A DNA stretch of 64,000 bases, from assembly GCA_964411255.1 (NCBI GenBank), contig CAYPKD010000005.1:109631-173630 (forward strand), read 5' to 3'. The notes under the pieces were generated by a model, which worked only from the letters and a program-made list of their open reading frames with translations, did not search any database and was not told where the DNA came from. How positions within the stretch are numbered: position 1 is the first letter of the stretch; the number at the start of each line of letters is the position of its first letter. The position numbers were made by a program, and so were the translations under genes. The stretch comes from an uncultured Gammaproteobacteria bacterium (GTDB lineage: Bacteria > Patescibacteriota > Patescibacteriia > UBA11705 > DATKZF01). Positions 47,060-58,004 of the stretch are shown here, piece after piece.

Positions 47060-50000
47060 ATGAAATATTTCCGAAAGAAAAAAATAAAAAGCATAATAAT
47101 AGTTGCGATTATCGCCTTAATGATTTCAACAGGCGTTTTTTTTGCAATAGGACCAAAACAAACAAAAGCGCAGGGAATGCCAGTTTTTGACGCTCAACAA
47201 TGGAATTTAGAAATGAATTGGTTGTTGTGGGAGCTTGATAAGTATCTTGCAGAATTGCAGGCGAAAGCTGCAGAAGAGGCAAAGAAGGCAATTTTAGAAA
47301 AAATAAAGCAGGCATTTATTCGTACCGCTGCTATTACGTTAAAAAATACTTTAATATATTTTATTCAGGAGGCTGGCAGGCAGACAATGGAATACGTTGC
47401 GACTGGCAGCTGGAGCCAGGGGCCAATGTTTTATGAAAAAACATTTGATTATTTTAAAGATACGCTTATTGGTGCGGCTTCGCAGGAATTTTTAGATGAG
47501 CTGGCTTATAATCTCTGGTCAGAAACTGGTTTTGATATTTGTGATCCTGATGTGTCAATAAAAATGATGATCATGCTTAACCTTCAGTTGACATTACCGC
47601 ATCCGACTTATGAAAAGGTAGCGCCTCGTTGCGACTGGAATAAAGTACGAGGAAACTGGGAAAACTTTTATGCTGATATTAGAAAAAATGTTGAGGATGT
47701 GAAAGGCCAGACATTTGCTGCTATGGGCGCAATGCAGGAATCATTAGATCCTCAGCAAAATGATTTTGGTATATTTTTAAAAACCATGGATGATAATATT
47801 ACCAAGCGGCAAGAGCAATATGAAAGGGAAAGAGATGAGAGAATGGCGCCATCCAAATTAAGAGCCAAAACATCATTGGTTACTGGTACAGTTGAGACGC
47901 CAAGTTTTATGATTGAGCCAGTTGTTAGAAGCGATGTTGAAGCTATTCAAGCCAGTAGAAAAACTGAGTTAAAAAGTGGAGAAGCAATTATAGAAGAAAT
48001 CCCAGAACAGGTATTGTTTGCTTTTATTCAAAGTTTTGGCCCGCAACAGTTTTTAATGGCAGCATTGCAAAGGATTTTTGGTGGTTTGGTAAAAAAAGCT
48101 GAGAGCTTTAATCCTGTTCATCAGGTTTTTGAAACGAAAAAAGCAATTCAAAAAGTAAATACAGAAATTTTAACTGCTGATTTTTCATTTGAGCCCAGAG
48201 ATGTCAGCCTAATAGACGAATTTGTAAATTGTCCGGCTGAAAGTTCGCCGTCTACAGGCGCAGATGTTCCTCGGGGAATCAATGACTGCGTAATGGACAG
48301 AAATTTTGCTGAAGCAGTCAGAAGATCATCTTCTTCAGGCGAGGCAATGACTGTTCAAGCAGCAATAAATGAAGGCTTATTAGATCCGAATAAGCCTTTT
48401 TATAGTTCAAGCGATCCAGAAAATACTCATGCTAAGTGTTATTCATTCGGCTATTGCTACAGTAATTTGAAAAAATTAAGAAAAGCCAGAATAATTCCAA
48501 TTGGCTGGGAAATAGCTGCTGAAAAGACTGCAGAGACAGGAAATAAATCACTACAGGATATAGTAAATGAATTTAACAATGAAAATTCAGATTTTTACAG
48601 ATTAATTGATCCAAGCTGGGTTTTGAAAGAACCGATTAATCAATGTAGAGCAAATGTATATGGCCCGGACTTGATTGCCAGCGGAGCTGAAGACCGGCCA
48701 GAAGTATGTGCTGATTATCGCACATGTATTGAAGAGACTCCAAACGGAGACTGCATTGGCGGATATGGATATTGCGCTGAAGAAGAAAGAACCTGGCGGC
48801 TAGATGGTGATTCATGCGAGCCGCAATACGCTGGTTGTACAACTTTATTTGACCGAAACGGTGTAGGGACAGGTTGGCTATTAGATACATTGGATCCAGT
48901 TGCTTGCAGCGCTGCTGACGTTGGCTGCCAATTATACAGTTTATGGAGAAATTATGAAACAGGTAGTGGCGAATGGATATATGATCTTGCCAGTAGCGAA
49001 AGCGACCGATTCTTATATTTAAATAAAAATGTTGAAAATGAGCTTTGCAGTCCGGAAAAAGAAGGCTGCACCCGGTTTATTAGAACAGCCGCAGATCTTG
49101 GTACGAATTTGATTTACAATTCAGGATTTGAAGAAGTGCCGGATAATGCAGATTTAACTGATTTGGTCAGTGTTCCAAACTGGGGAGATATAAATATTTC
49201 TGATCAAATATTTAACACTGGAAGCTATGCTACATTTTTTGGAAAAGAGACACCGAATTCTATAATAACATCTGAATATATTAATGTTGTTCCAAAAGAT
49301 TATGACAGATATTTTGTGTTAAGTGGATATGGCTATAGAACGTCAGATGCAATTGGAATAAATTGTACTCTGCAAACTTCTGATGGAGTTGGGCCTTTAT
49401 CAATTCGAACTTCATTTTTAGATTCAGGTCCTACAGTGCTTGAAACCTGGACCAGAAAATCATGGATTTTTAATATTCCAGGTGATTCGAATACAGCTTT
49501 TATCCAGATTCAATGTGCCCCTACAGATTTAATTTCAGGAGTGATTCATTATATGGATGATATTCAGCTTGAAGAGGTGTTAGATCCAAATTTAATTGCT
49601 TCATATAATGACTATGCCACTGTTAATGCTTCTTATTTAAAACAGGCGCCAGAATATTATGACTGCTATGATGGCAATCCAAATACCAATCATGTTAACT
49701 GCGATAATTTTGCTCCGATTTGCGATGCAGATGATGTAGGCTGTGAAACATACACGCCAACAGACGGCGGAGCATCGCAGAATGCAGTAGTGGGCAGATA
49801 TAATTATTGTCCAGCTGAATGTAATGGCTATGAAACTTTTTCCCAATCTGAAACATTTTTTGAGCTGTCAAAATTCCCACTATACTTTATCCCAGCCACA
49901 GCCAGGCAATGCTCAGAGCAAAACGTGGGCTGCGAAGCATATACAAATGTTGATGTGCTGGAAGCTGGTGGTGAGGCCGTCAGTTATTTCAAACAAATCA

Positions 50001-53000
50001 GACAGTGTTCAAAACCTGGGCCAGACTGCGCAACATTTTATACCTGGGAGGGATCTGAAGTAACCGGTTATCAGATTCAAAACCACAGTTTGCGAGATAT
50101 TGATGGAGATAATGATCCGGATGTTACCAGTGCTGCTCTAGATGGTCAGAATTGCAATGCTGATATTTTTGCTGCTCAGATAAACCCTGATTGCAGACAA
50201 TTTTATAATCAAGATGGTGACATATTTTATCATCTAAAATCTTTGACCATCACTTGTGCTGAAGATTGCAGCCCTCATCGGCTGGAAGTGGAAGATGCTT
50301 CAGAAGAAAAATGCACCAGCTCAAATGGTGAATGGGATGATAATACTAATAAATGTATTTATGACATTATAGTTGATGAAGCAGTAACTTGTCCGGTACA
50401 GGAAGTCGGTTGCAGAGAATACAAAGGCAATTTTGCTGGTGATATTGAAATATTACATACTCAGGATTTGGAAAATTATGATTCTCATGAGTGGAATCGC
50501 GGAGAGCTGTCCTCTGAGTCATTTGCATTAGGTGGTAAATCATACCGGGTGCCACAAACTGCACAAACCGGGGAGACTGCAGTTTATTATCGATTACCAG
50601 GATTCCCAGATCCGGATTTTGCTTTGACTTTATCAGCTAATGAACAATATCAATTTGAAATTTGGATAAAACCTAACTTAGAAGATACAGCTGATATTGC
50701 AGATATTGATAATATTGATGTTAATGGATTTGAAACAGATATTAATATTTTAGGCTTTAGCCAAATTCCTTTGAATATAAACAGTTTAGACTGGGCTGCT
50801 TATGGTTTGATTATCAAGCCAACCACTGATGTGGCAATCAACAGCATCAGCTTTACAAACATGGTCAAGCAAGTGCCAGGACAATCAAGGCCTCAGACCA
50901 TGGGATATTTTATAGATAATATTAAAATAAAAAAGATACAGGGAATGCAGACTTTAATCAGAGATACCTGGAGCACACCAGAGACTTGTGACAAGCGGCT
51001 TGATACAGATGAACCTTTGCCTCAGGCGATGCTGGGCTGTCGGGAATATAATGACCGGGCAGGCAATTTGCATTATTTGCGTTCTTATAATAATTTCTGT
51101 GACGCATCAGTTGTTGGCTGCGAAGCTTTAATTGATACAAAGAATTCTATATTGCATGATGGTAAAGTTTATGATCGAGAACCTGTAGATTTATGCAGTT
51201 TTTCTACTACTATGGTAGATCAACCATTGGGCAGGACCTGTAGAATGAAACTATTGCATTACATGTGTACTCAAAATGCAGATTGGGTTGGTGATTTTGC
51301 TACATTTGAAAATCCTTTGGAGGCCTGCTTAAATCAAAATAATAATGTTGTTCCAGTTACTGACTATGCGCTAGAGAAAGACACTTGCGAGACTATTGCT
51401 GAAAATGGAACAGATAATATTGCCTGGATAAATGAAAGATGCGAAAGAGTGGGTGTGCCTCCGCTGTATGAAGTATCTGATGACGAATATGTGTACCGGG
51501 TGATTTCTGAAGAAAATTCATGTACGGCAGAGGATAAAGGATGCACAGCTACAGCTTTGGCTAATTTAGATTATGATTTGAGTATTGGCGATTGGTTTGA
51601 AACCCATATTAAAATAGATCCTGATAATTTGGATGATAAAATGTGCAATGCTAACTCTGTTAGATGCGAAGAATATATTGATTCAAATAACAATGTGTAT
51701 TATTTTAAAAATCCAGCATTAAGATATTGCGAATATAGGACTGATCCATCTGGTGACGGCTGGTTTGAAGCTGGCAGTAATGAAAGATGCTTAACCTGGC
51801 AGCCATATAATGGCATTGATATTCCTTTGCCGTATTATCACTGGGATTATAGGGATGATACACAATTATCAGTTGACAGTTATGAAGGCTGGCCAGCAAT
51901 GTGTCCTGAAGAAGCTGATACTTGCACGGCATTTTTAGATCCTGCTGCGAAAACAGATGATAATCTAGTAGGCCATGCATATTTTTTGAAAAATAATGAA
52001 AAAATAGACAAAGAATCCTGTGAAAATATGGTTGATCCTGGTCAGGGTTGCGTATTATTCTTAGATACTTCAGATCCTAATGGCCCTCAATGGAGTTCTG
52101 AATTATCTAACTTTGAGAATGCTGGCTCTGGAGAACCCATTCCGCCTGTTTCAATTAATGAAACAACGAATGCTCAAAATACTATTAATCTTTTAACTAC
52201 TAATGATGTCCAAGCTGAAACAATGAGTTTTTCTCAATATTTTGATTGGATAGATAGTTTAGAAGCTTCTGAATTGTCTGTTGTATATGATTTTGCATCA
52301 GAGAAAAATAATTATTGGGTTGATATTAATTATTCAGATGGTAGCGGTGGTGTTTCAAATGTAACTCAGGCATTTAATGATAGTAATACTATAATAAAGG
52401 TAAAACAAGATCGCCAATGCTCAAAGTGGTATACCTGTTTAGGTCCGAGCTATGTTTGGGATCAAAATGCAGGTCAATGGGTTGAGATTTGTGAATTAGT
52501 TGGATTATGTGATGAATATGGCAATCAGGGTGGGGGCGCATATTGCAGCCATGTTGTATTGCCTGATGAAAACACGACTGATCCTCTCAATCAGAGGGAT
52601 TACTTTACAGTCGAAGATTATCAAAAACGACAATCAGCAAAATATCAATATTTAAATAAATATTTTGATCTATATACTCCTGAATTTTCTGGTATGGCAA
52701 TTGTAAACAATATCCCTTTGCAGTATTTAGAGCCAAAGGATTTGAATGAAGATGTAGAAGATCCATACTATACTTTAGCTGGAAATATGAATCAGATTGG
52801 AGATAATAATGAATGTAGTGGTATTGTCAGCGATATGATAGAAGCAGTTGTTCCTAATTTAGCAGATCAGCTGCCAACTTCTGCTGGCGCCTCAGTTAAT
52901 GGAAAATGTTATGCGCCTAAGAATTTATTTGAAACATTAAATTCTACAACACCTGACAGATGGCCGGAGGAAAAGCTGTGCCGCGCTTATCCCCGGGATA

Positions 53001-56000
53001 ACACTCCATTTCCGGTTGATGCTGTCTTTGAGACTTTAAGTGATCCTGAAACAAAGAGCAATGAGAAAAAACGTGAAAAATATAGAAATGTAAATAATTT
53101 CGGATATAATTTGACAGAAATGACATCTGACGAAAAGGTTGCAGATTCCGGATGCAGATATAGAGAAGTTAAATATGGCAGGGGACAGGTTACGTTATAT
53201 TTATCCCCTGATATGCCTGCGCCAACTGCAATTTGTGAACAAACTCAAAAGCCATGCGAATGTCTGGATCAAAGAAATCCTGATAATCCTGTCTGTATGG
53301 ACAGCGACTGTCCGGGTACTCAGTCATGTTTGCAAAAAGAGTTAAGCATAGTTGATTTATATGGATGGGAAGGATATTGTTTGGAAGAAGATGAATCAAT
53401 AAATTTATTTGCAAATGAAAATAAAAATCCATGTTTAACATGGTATCCGGTTGACATGACAGTTGGTTTGTCAGACCATTATAATCAATATGCTAAGGCT
53501 GGGTATACAAGTAATGAACTTCCATATTATTGCTTAACTGCAGAGCCTTATCTGCAGGAAAAAGCATATTTTTCCGGCTGTACAGCACAGGAAACTACTG
53601 GTGCATGGAATGGATTTTTAGCATGGACTAATATAAATAGTAGTAGCTGGAGCGTTCATGGTGAGTGCAATTCCCATGAATCCAAGAATCAAAAATTATG
53701 GACTGAATGGCTTTATGAAAAAATACAAGAAGCAGCGACTGATTTTGAAGCAGAAACTCCAGATGATAAACTATATGCAGTTTCAAGCGCATTTGGAGAA
53801 TTTTTATCCACCGCAGGTACTGGACATGAAAGAGGCTGGTATCCTGATGAAGACGATGACGATAGGATTGAAATGGGTGAAATGAGAGCTGAAATGAATA
53901 GTATGTTAATAAGTTATTATTTTTCAGCTGCATCAGATAATGATAATAATTCATCTGATCCATATTATAATAGAGATTGCGGTGATGGATATTTTCCAGT
54001 ATTTGCTCCATGCGGTGGAAATGAATCTGGGAATCCTTGGGAAAATTCTCCAGGAATGGGATATAAATGCGATTCAAATGAAGCTGGAGGTGTTTTATGT
54101 GTACCGTTTAATTCATATATTGATATTCCTGATGAGGAAATAATAAAATGGAAAGAAATGGATCCAATAGGAATTGATGTTACAGCTTTTCAGGGTGCTG
54201 AATGTAGGCCGCATTTTACTAGAGGAGAATTATTACGAAAAGGAACTGTAACTGCAGGTGGTAAAGAATCTTGTTTCGACAATTCCAGAAATGTGGATCC
54301 GTATAGAAATTTCGCGGTTTATACTGATGATGATGGTAATACAGTAAAAGAATGTGAAACTGATGAAGTAATATGGGTTAATACTGTATATGATATGGTG
54401 GTAGCTGTTGATAACGGCTATGAAGTTGCATGGCCAAGTGCAATCCCTAAACCTGAGGAATGGAATGATTGGGGGTCTACAAATAGTAAAAGTAGTATAA
54501 TTGATGATGTTTTCTCTTTGAGGAAAAGTGATACAGGTGGGCCGTATTTCTGGAGAGTTCGGGACAAATCAGAGTTAAAAGACGGGGCAGAAGAATATTT
54601 ATACGGGACAACTGCTTGGTCGGGAGGAAATGCCAGTGATGGAATTTGGGATGCTGCATTATATGAGCGAGGCTGGGATAATATTAATTTTGATTTTATA
54701 GTGCCATTATATAGATATTGTGTTCAAAAAACCCCAGTCACTGATACATACAGAATTTATACTGATGCAAATGAAAATGACTGGGATACAGTTGCTGAAT
54801 TTATTGAGAGAGAATCAATTGAAGCACAAGATGTTAAGTCGTCTAACGGCACAGTGGGTGACTTATTAATATCAGTATCAGCGAAAAACGATACTTATTT
54901 AAGTGGTGAGGGTCAAATCTTTGCAACAGGTAATACATTATGCAGCCATTTAGCAGAAGTGGAAAATACAAAATTTGAAGATAAAGCCTGGACAGACAAA
55001 TTATATAATAATGATTTGTCAAAGAGACTTGATGCCATTCCATATTTAACACAAGGTACACCTGATGATGCGTGGGAACTGTTGTTATATGATAATTTAC
55101 GATTTTATTTAGGTTCTATATCGTTTAATTATGGACAAACAGAGATGCCAAGGCTTGTAGAAGGTGAATTAAATGATGAATTTGTTCCTGCTGCCACCTG
55201 CGCATACAACACAGGGATAGTTGAGACTTCAAGTCCTTCATTATTAAATTATCGAATGTTATTGAATCCAAAGATTACAGATGATTTTAAAGGAACTGAT
55301 GTGGAATGTTCTCCTGTTACATATCAAAAAGTTGGAGGAGGATCCTTCCAGACAACATCTACATTATTAGATAAAGAATCAGCAAAAGCTTATAATGCAT
55401 ATAGAGTTGAGGGGGGTAGATTCCCTGATTGTATTGGTGGTGGAGATTGTTCTATAGATACACCTTATGGATTATCTGCTTCTACATATTATGGAGCTGA
55501 CCCAAGTGATGGTGCTGATGATTTTAGTTACGGATCTGTGGCAACACCGCGAAGATTAAGAATGACTCGTCCCTTAGAAAGATTGCAGCTCATATTTGCT
55601 AAAGTTTATGATGTATGGAGATGGCAACCGATATTTGAAAATAGTTCAAATTCTGTTGATAATTATTTACCAGGTGGATCAGGTGTTTCTCATGATGATC
55701 ATGCTAAAAGATGGTATAGGGGATTTGAATATAAGTCTGATAGAAATTTAGTTGATGATATGGGCGGTGATGCATATATGTCAACATTATCAGAGAATAA
55801 TGTACAACCATATTATAAATATACTGATGATGCTTCATATAATATTGTGAAGGATGTAGATTATTCAGAAGTTTTAATTCCTCAGGTTACAGGCGTGGAA
55901 TTAAGACCTGGCAAAAAATATCGGGCTGTACCAGGTACCATTACATTAGAAACAGAAGCTGAAAGAAAAAATGATGGAGTTCTTGGATTAGACAGTGATA

Positions 56001-56692
56001 ACAGAGGGCAATTAGTCGTCAGCTCTCAATTCTTTGGCTGGGCAAATAATGATCATATGCCTGTTCGAAGTGTTCGAGTGCATTGGGGTGACGGCGTGGA
56101 TAGCATATCTGGTGGTGCTAAGGGTCAGTATAAAAATCATAAAGCTGTTTGCGCAGAAACTCCAGATCAACCAATAAGTTTTTGTGCTGGAGGGGGAAGC
56201 GCAGGGCAAGAAACTTGTTTTTATGATGATGATTGTTCAAATCAGAATTGTAATACAGGTGTTTCAGTTGTTCAATTTGGAGCAGTACCTGATGCCTGTA
56301 CAATGAGTTATTTCCAAAAGACTCATGTATATGCTTGCGCAGAACATGGAGGTGATCTGCCAATTTGTGATAATTCTGCTACCAGCATAATTAATAGTGG
56401 ATCATGGGGTGATGTTCCGTTGACGACTGGATGTTATGATTCTTCCTTTATTCCATCAACTGTTGATGATAATGGTTCGACCTCAGTAACTGGCGCATGT
56501 TTATTCAGACCTGGCGCTCAGGTATTGGATAACTGGGGCTGGTGTAATGGTGATTGTGAAGGATCTGGAGAGGGATGTTATAATGATCCTGTTCCGGGAC
56601 TTCAAGCAGGAGTTTGTGATAATTCTGGTGATCCATTGCACGACAAAGCTTATACGCGCTACAATGGTATAATTATAGTTATTCCTCAATAA
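47060..56692 (+). CDS. Giant (3210 aa) Cys-rich secreted/membrane-anchored protein of unknown function
   Basis: Uninterrupted 9.6-kb ORF. N-terminal TM IIIVAIIALMISTGVFFAIG. Numerous paired Cys and Asn/Asp/Tyr/Trp-rich beta-like regions. Terminator (ccctttaata/tattaaaggg) at 56712-56746. Confidence 0.8.
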   Translation: MKYFRKKKIKSIIIVAIIALMISTGVFFAIGPKQTKAQGMPVFDAQQWNLEMNWLLWELDKYLAELQAKAAEEAKKAILEKIKQAFIRTAAITLKNTLIYFIQEAGRQTMEYVATGSWSQGPMFYEKTFDYFKDTLIGAASQEFLDELAYNLWSETGFDICDPDVSIKMMIMLNLQLTLPHPTYEKVAPRCDWNKVRGNWENFYADIRKNVEDVKGQTFAAMGAMQESLDPQQNDFGIFLKTMDDNITKRQEQYERERDERMAPSKLRAKTSLVTGTVETPSFMIEPVVRSDVEAIQASRKTELKSGEAIIEEIPEQVLFAFIQSFGPQQFLMAALQRIFGGLVKKAESFNPVHQVFETKKAIQKVNTEILTADFSFEPRDVSLIDEFVNCPAESSPSTGADVPRGINDCVMDRNFAEAVRRSSSSGEAMTVQAAINEGLLDPNKPFYSSSDPENTHAKCYSFGYCYSNLKKLRKARIIPIGWEIAAEKTAETGNKSLQDIVNEFNNENSDFYRLIDPSWVLKEPINQCRANVYGPDLIASGAEDRPEVCADYRTCIEETPNGDCIGGYGYCAEEERTWRLDGDSCEPQYAGCTTLFDRNGVGTGWLLDTLDPVACSAADVGCQLYSLWRNYETGSGEWIYDLASSESDRFLYLNKNVENELCSPEKEGCTRFIRTAADLGTNLIYNSGFEEVPDNADLTDLVSVPNWGDINISDQIFNTGSYATFFGKETPNSIITSEYINVVPKDYDRYFVLSGYGYRTSDAIGINCTLQTSDGVGPLSIRTSFLDSGPTVLETWTRKSWIFNIPGDSNTAFIQIQCAPTDLISGVIHYMDDIQLEEVLDPNLIASYNDYATVNASYLKQAPEYYDCYDGNPNTNHVNCDNFAPICDADDVGCETYTPTDGGASQNAVVGRYNYCPAECNGYETFSQSETFFELSKFPLYFIPATARQCSEQNVGCEAYTNVDVLEAGGEAVSYFKQIRQCSKPGPDCATFYTWEGSEVTGYQIQNHSLRDIDGDNDPDVTSAALDGQNCNADIFAAQINPDCRQFYNQDGDIFYHLKSLTITCAEDCSPHRLEVEDASEEKCTSSNGEWDDNTNKCIYDIIVDEAVTCPVQEVGCREYKGNFAGDIEILHTQDLENYDSHEWNRGELSSESFALGGKSYRVPQTAQTGETAVYYRLPGFPDPDFALTLSANEQYQFEIWIKPNLEDTADIADIDNIDVNGFETDINILGFSQIPLNINSLDWAAYGLIIKPTTDVAINSISFTNMVKQVPGQSRPQTMGYFIDNIKIKKIQGMQTLIRDTWSTPETCDKRLDTDEPLPQAMLGCREYNDRAGNLHYLRSYNNFCDASVVGCEALIDTKNSILHDGKVYDREPVDLCSFSTTMVDQPLGRTCRMKLLHYMCTQNADWVGDFATFENPLEACLNQNNNVVPVTDYALEKDTCETIAENGTDNIAWINERCERVGVPPLYEVSDDEYVYRVISEENSCTAEDKGCTATALANLDYDLSIGDWFETHIKIDPDNLDDKMCNANSVRCEEYIDSNNNVYYFKNPALRYCEYRTDPSGDGWFEAGSNERCLTWQPYNGIDIPLPYYHWDYRDDTQLSVDSYEGWPAMCPEEADTCTAFLDPAAKTDDNLVGHAYFLKNNEKIDKESCENMVDPGQGCVLFLDTSDPNGPQWSSELSNFENAGSGEPIPPVSINETTNAQNTINLLTTNDVQAETMSFSQYFDWIDSLEASELSVVYDFASEKNNYWVDINYSDGSGGVSNVTQAFNDSNTIIKVKQDRQCSKWYTCLGPSYVWDQNAGQWVEICELVGLCDEYGNQGGGAYCSHVVLPDENTTDPLNQRDYFTVEDYQKRQSAKYQYLNKYFDLYTPEFSGMAIVNNIPLQYLEPKDLNEDVEDPYYTLAGNMNQIGDNNECSGIVSDMIEAVVPNLADQLPTSAGASVNGKCYAPKNLFETLNSTTPDRWPEEKLCRAYPRDNTPFPVDAVFETLSDPETKSNEKKREKYRNVNNFGYNLTEMTSDEKVADSGCRYREVKYGRGQVTLYLSPDMPAPTAICEQTQKPCECLDQRNPDNPVCMDSDCPGTQSCLQKELSIVDLYGWEGYCLEEDESINLFANENKNPCLTWYPVDMTVGLSDHYNQYAKAGYTSNELPYYCLTAEPYLQEKAYFSGCTAQETTGAWNGFLAWTNINSSSWSVHGECNSHESKNQKLWTEWLYEKIQEAATDFEAETPDDKLYAVSSAFGEFLSTAGTGHERGWYPDEDDDDRIEMGEMRAEMNSMLISYYFSAASDNDNNSSDPYYNRDCGDGYFPVFAPCGGNESGNPWENSPGMGYKCDSNEAGGVLCVPFNSYIDIPDEEIIKWKEMDPIGIDVTAFQGAECRPHFTRGELLRKGTVTAGGKESCFDNSRNVDPYRNFAVYTDDDGNTVKECETDEVIWVNTVYDMVVAVDNGYEVAWPSAIPKPEEWNDWGSTNSKSSIIDDVFSLRKSDTGGPYFWRVRDKSELKDGAEEYLYGTTAWSGGNASDGIWDAALYERGWDNINFDFIVPLYRYCVQKTPVTDTYRIYTDANENDWDTVAEFIERESIEAQDVKSSNGTVGDLLISVSAKNDTYLSGEGQIFATGNTLCSHLAEVENTKFEDKAWTDKLYNNDLSKRLDAIPYLTQGTPDDAWELLLYDNLRFYLGSISFNYGQTEMPRLVEGELNDEFVPAATCAYNTGIVETSSPSLLNYRMLLNPKITDDFKGTDVECSPVTYQKVGGGSFQTTSTLLDKESAKAYNAYRVEGGRFPDCIGGGDCSIDTPYGLSASTYYGADPSDGADDFSYGSVATPRRLRMTRPLERLQLIFAKVYDVWRWQPIFENSSNSVDNYLPGGSGVSHDDHAKRWYRGFEYKSDRNLVDDMGGDAYMSTLSENNVQPYYKYTDDASYNIVKDVDYSEVLIPQVTGVELRPGKKYRAVPGTITLETEAERKNDGVLGLDSDNRGQLVVSSQFFGWANNDHMPVRSVRVHWGDGVDSISGGAKGQYKNHKAVCAETPDQPISFCAGGGSAGQETCFYDDDCSNQNCNTGVSVVQFGAVPDACTMSYFQKTHVYACAEHGGDLPICDNSATSIINSGSWGDVPLTTGCYDSSFIPSTVDDNGSTSVTGACLFRPGAQVLDNWGWCNGDCEGSGEGCYNDPVPGLQAGVCDNSGDPLHDKAYTRYNGIIIVIPQ

Positions 56693-56742
56693 ATTATTTA
56701 TATATATAATAAAAAGCCCTTTAATATGTGTATTAAAGGGTT

Positions 56743-57453
56743 TTATTGTTTTTCATAAATATATTCTGAGATCACGGATGACCCACTTGTTGATTGCGTG
56801 AGGTGTATAGTAATGTCACCATGGTTTATTTCAGAAAATAAATTGCGTCCATATGAATCAGTCCAGTCAACGATATACTTATCACCGACCTTTTTGATTG
56901 GAATTCCCAGCTCTGCAGGATAGAATCCTAGCAGAACAGCTTCGTAGTCAGAAAAATACTGATCAAAATTTTCTGAAGGAGCAGCAACGTAGACAGTCAC
57001 TTCCCTGGGTCCAGAGGAGCTTGAATCAGTTCTGGCCCAGTCTCCTTCAATAAATTTCAGCTCTTCGACTATGTTGTTGTCAGCGTGTAGAATGATCGGA
57101 TCCAGCTCTGTGTTTTCATTTACGCACAACAGGCTTTCCCAATCATGATACCCTTGAAGCGTGACTGCAATATCATAGCAGCCCTCTGTAACTTCTACAT
57201 TTCCTGGCGTGGTAGCGCCTGTGCTTTTACCATCCACCCAGATCTGGGCGTTTTCAGGTGAGCTGGCCACAGTGACCGTGTACTTGTCCACGGGCGTGGT
57301 CTGGTCTGGCAGCAGAGTGCTGTCTGGGCCAGGGCCAATGTCAGGGTTGACAGTGCTGTCTGGGCCAGGGCCTGTCCCACCAGAATCAGAATCGCAGCTG
57401 AGAGTGCCAAAAGAAAGGATGAAAATGCTGAAAATGGTTACGAAATACTTCAT
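56743..57453 (-). CDS. Lipoprotein with PEGA domain, relatively GC-rich
   Basis: Signal peptide plus lipobox LSC; Gly/Pro repeats GTGPGPDSTVNPDIGPGPDST; PEGA-like segment YTVTVASSPENAQIWVDGKSTGATTPGNVEVTEGCYDIAVTLQGY. Confidence 0.6.
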   Translation of the reverse strand: MKYFVTIFSIFILSFGTLSCDSDSGGTGPGPDSTVNPDIGPGPDSTLLPDQTTPVDKYTVTVASSPENAQIWVDGKSTGATTPGNVEVTEGCYDIAVTLQGYHDWESLLCVNENTELDPIILHADNNIVEELKFIEGDWARTDSSSSGPREVTVYVAAPSENFDQYFSDYEAVLLGFYPAELGIPIKKVGDKYIVDWTDSYGRNLFSEINHGDITIHLTQSTSGSSVISEYIYEKQ

Positions 57454-57579
57454 GGCTTGTGCCTCCTATCGTATCGTGAATTGTCTTGGTTTTTGAAAGG
57501 ACAGAATACCTTAACCTATTAGAGGGGATTTGTCAAGGGTAGTTCGCAATATTATGCAAATTTAGACCCATTTGACTCG

Positions 57580-57608
57580 TTGACCCCTCTCTACTTATAT
57601 TGTATTAT
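57580..57608 (+). promoter_or_regulatory. Sigma70-type promoter (TTGACC-17-TATTAT) reading into the tandem-repeat region
   Basis: Hexamers read directly; the tattatgcaaa motif is duplicated (57549 and 57603). Confidence 0.4.
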
Positions 57609-57637
57609 GCAAAAACGTAAAATGTCAAGAGATTATA

Positions 57638-57804
57638 TAATGTCGGAATTAAATCATTCGTATTGTCTGTAGGGACAGAATATTATTCTGTCCCTACACT
57701 GCGGACATCATTTTTTTCCATAATGTCGGAATTAAATTATTCGTATTGCCTGAAAGGACAGAATAATATTCTGTCCCTACATTACCGACATCATTTATTT
57801 TTTT
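57638..57804 (+). repeat. Two tandem 83-bp direct repeats, each a nested palindrome ending in a T-run (hairpin-terminator-like)
   Basis: Inner palindromes gtagggacagaata|tattctgtccctac at 57669-57697 and ggacagaataatattctgtcc at 57756-57776; outer arms atgtcgg...ccgacat; partial third copy (gaaaggacagaata) at 57495-57508; a further hairpin plus T-run at 57822-57848. Confidence 0.6.
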
Positions 57805-58004
57805 AACATACAATTTTGTCGACCTGCTTTGACAGGTTTTTTTGTTTTATTTAGGTCAAAATTTAAATGGCTGTCAAATGTGGATAACATTTTGCTACAG
57901 GTTTAGGATTTGGATCAGATATGCTGACAATAGAGGAGAGAAGAACTTTGACAATTTCGTCGAAATTCTCTCTTATCATTAACCTCATTGAAAGGAGAAG
58001 GCAT

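Noticed and set aside
47109-56689. Many small minus-strand ORFs inside the 3210-aa ORF (for example 53628..54077, 149 aa)
   Set aside because: They are antisense to an uninterrupted 9.6-kb ORF, with low-complexity His/Tyr/Leu-rich translations typical of antisense AT-rich DNA.
57638-57804. Possible CRISPR array
   Set aside because: There are only two 83-bp units with no unique spacers between them. The units are internally palindromic with T-runs. No cas genes are present.
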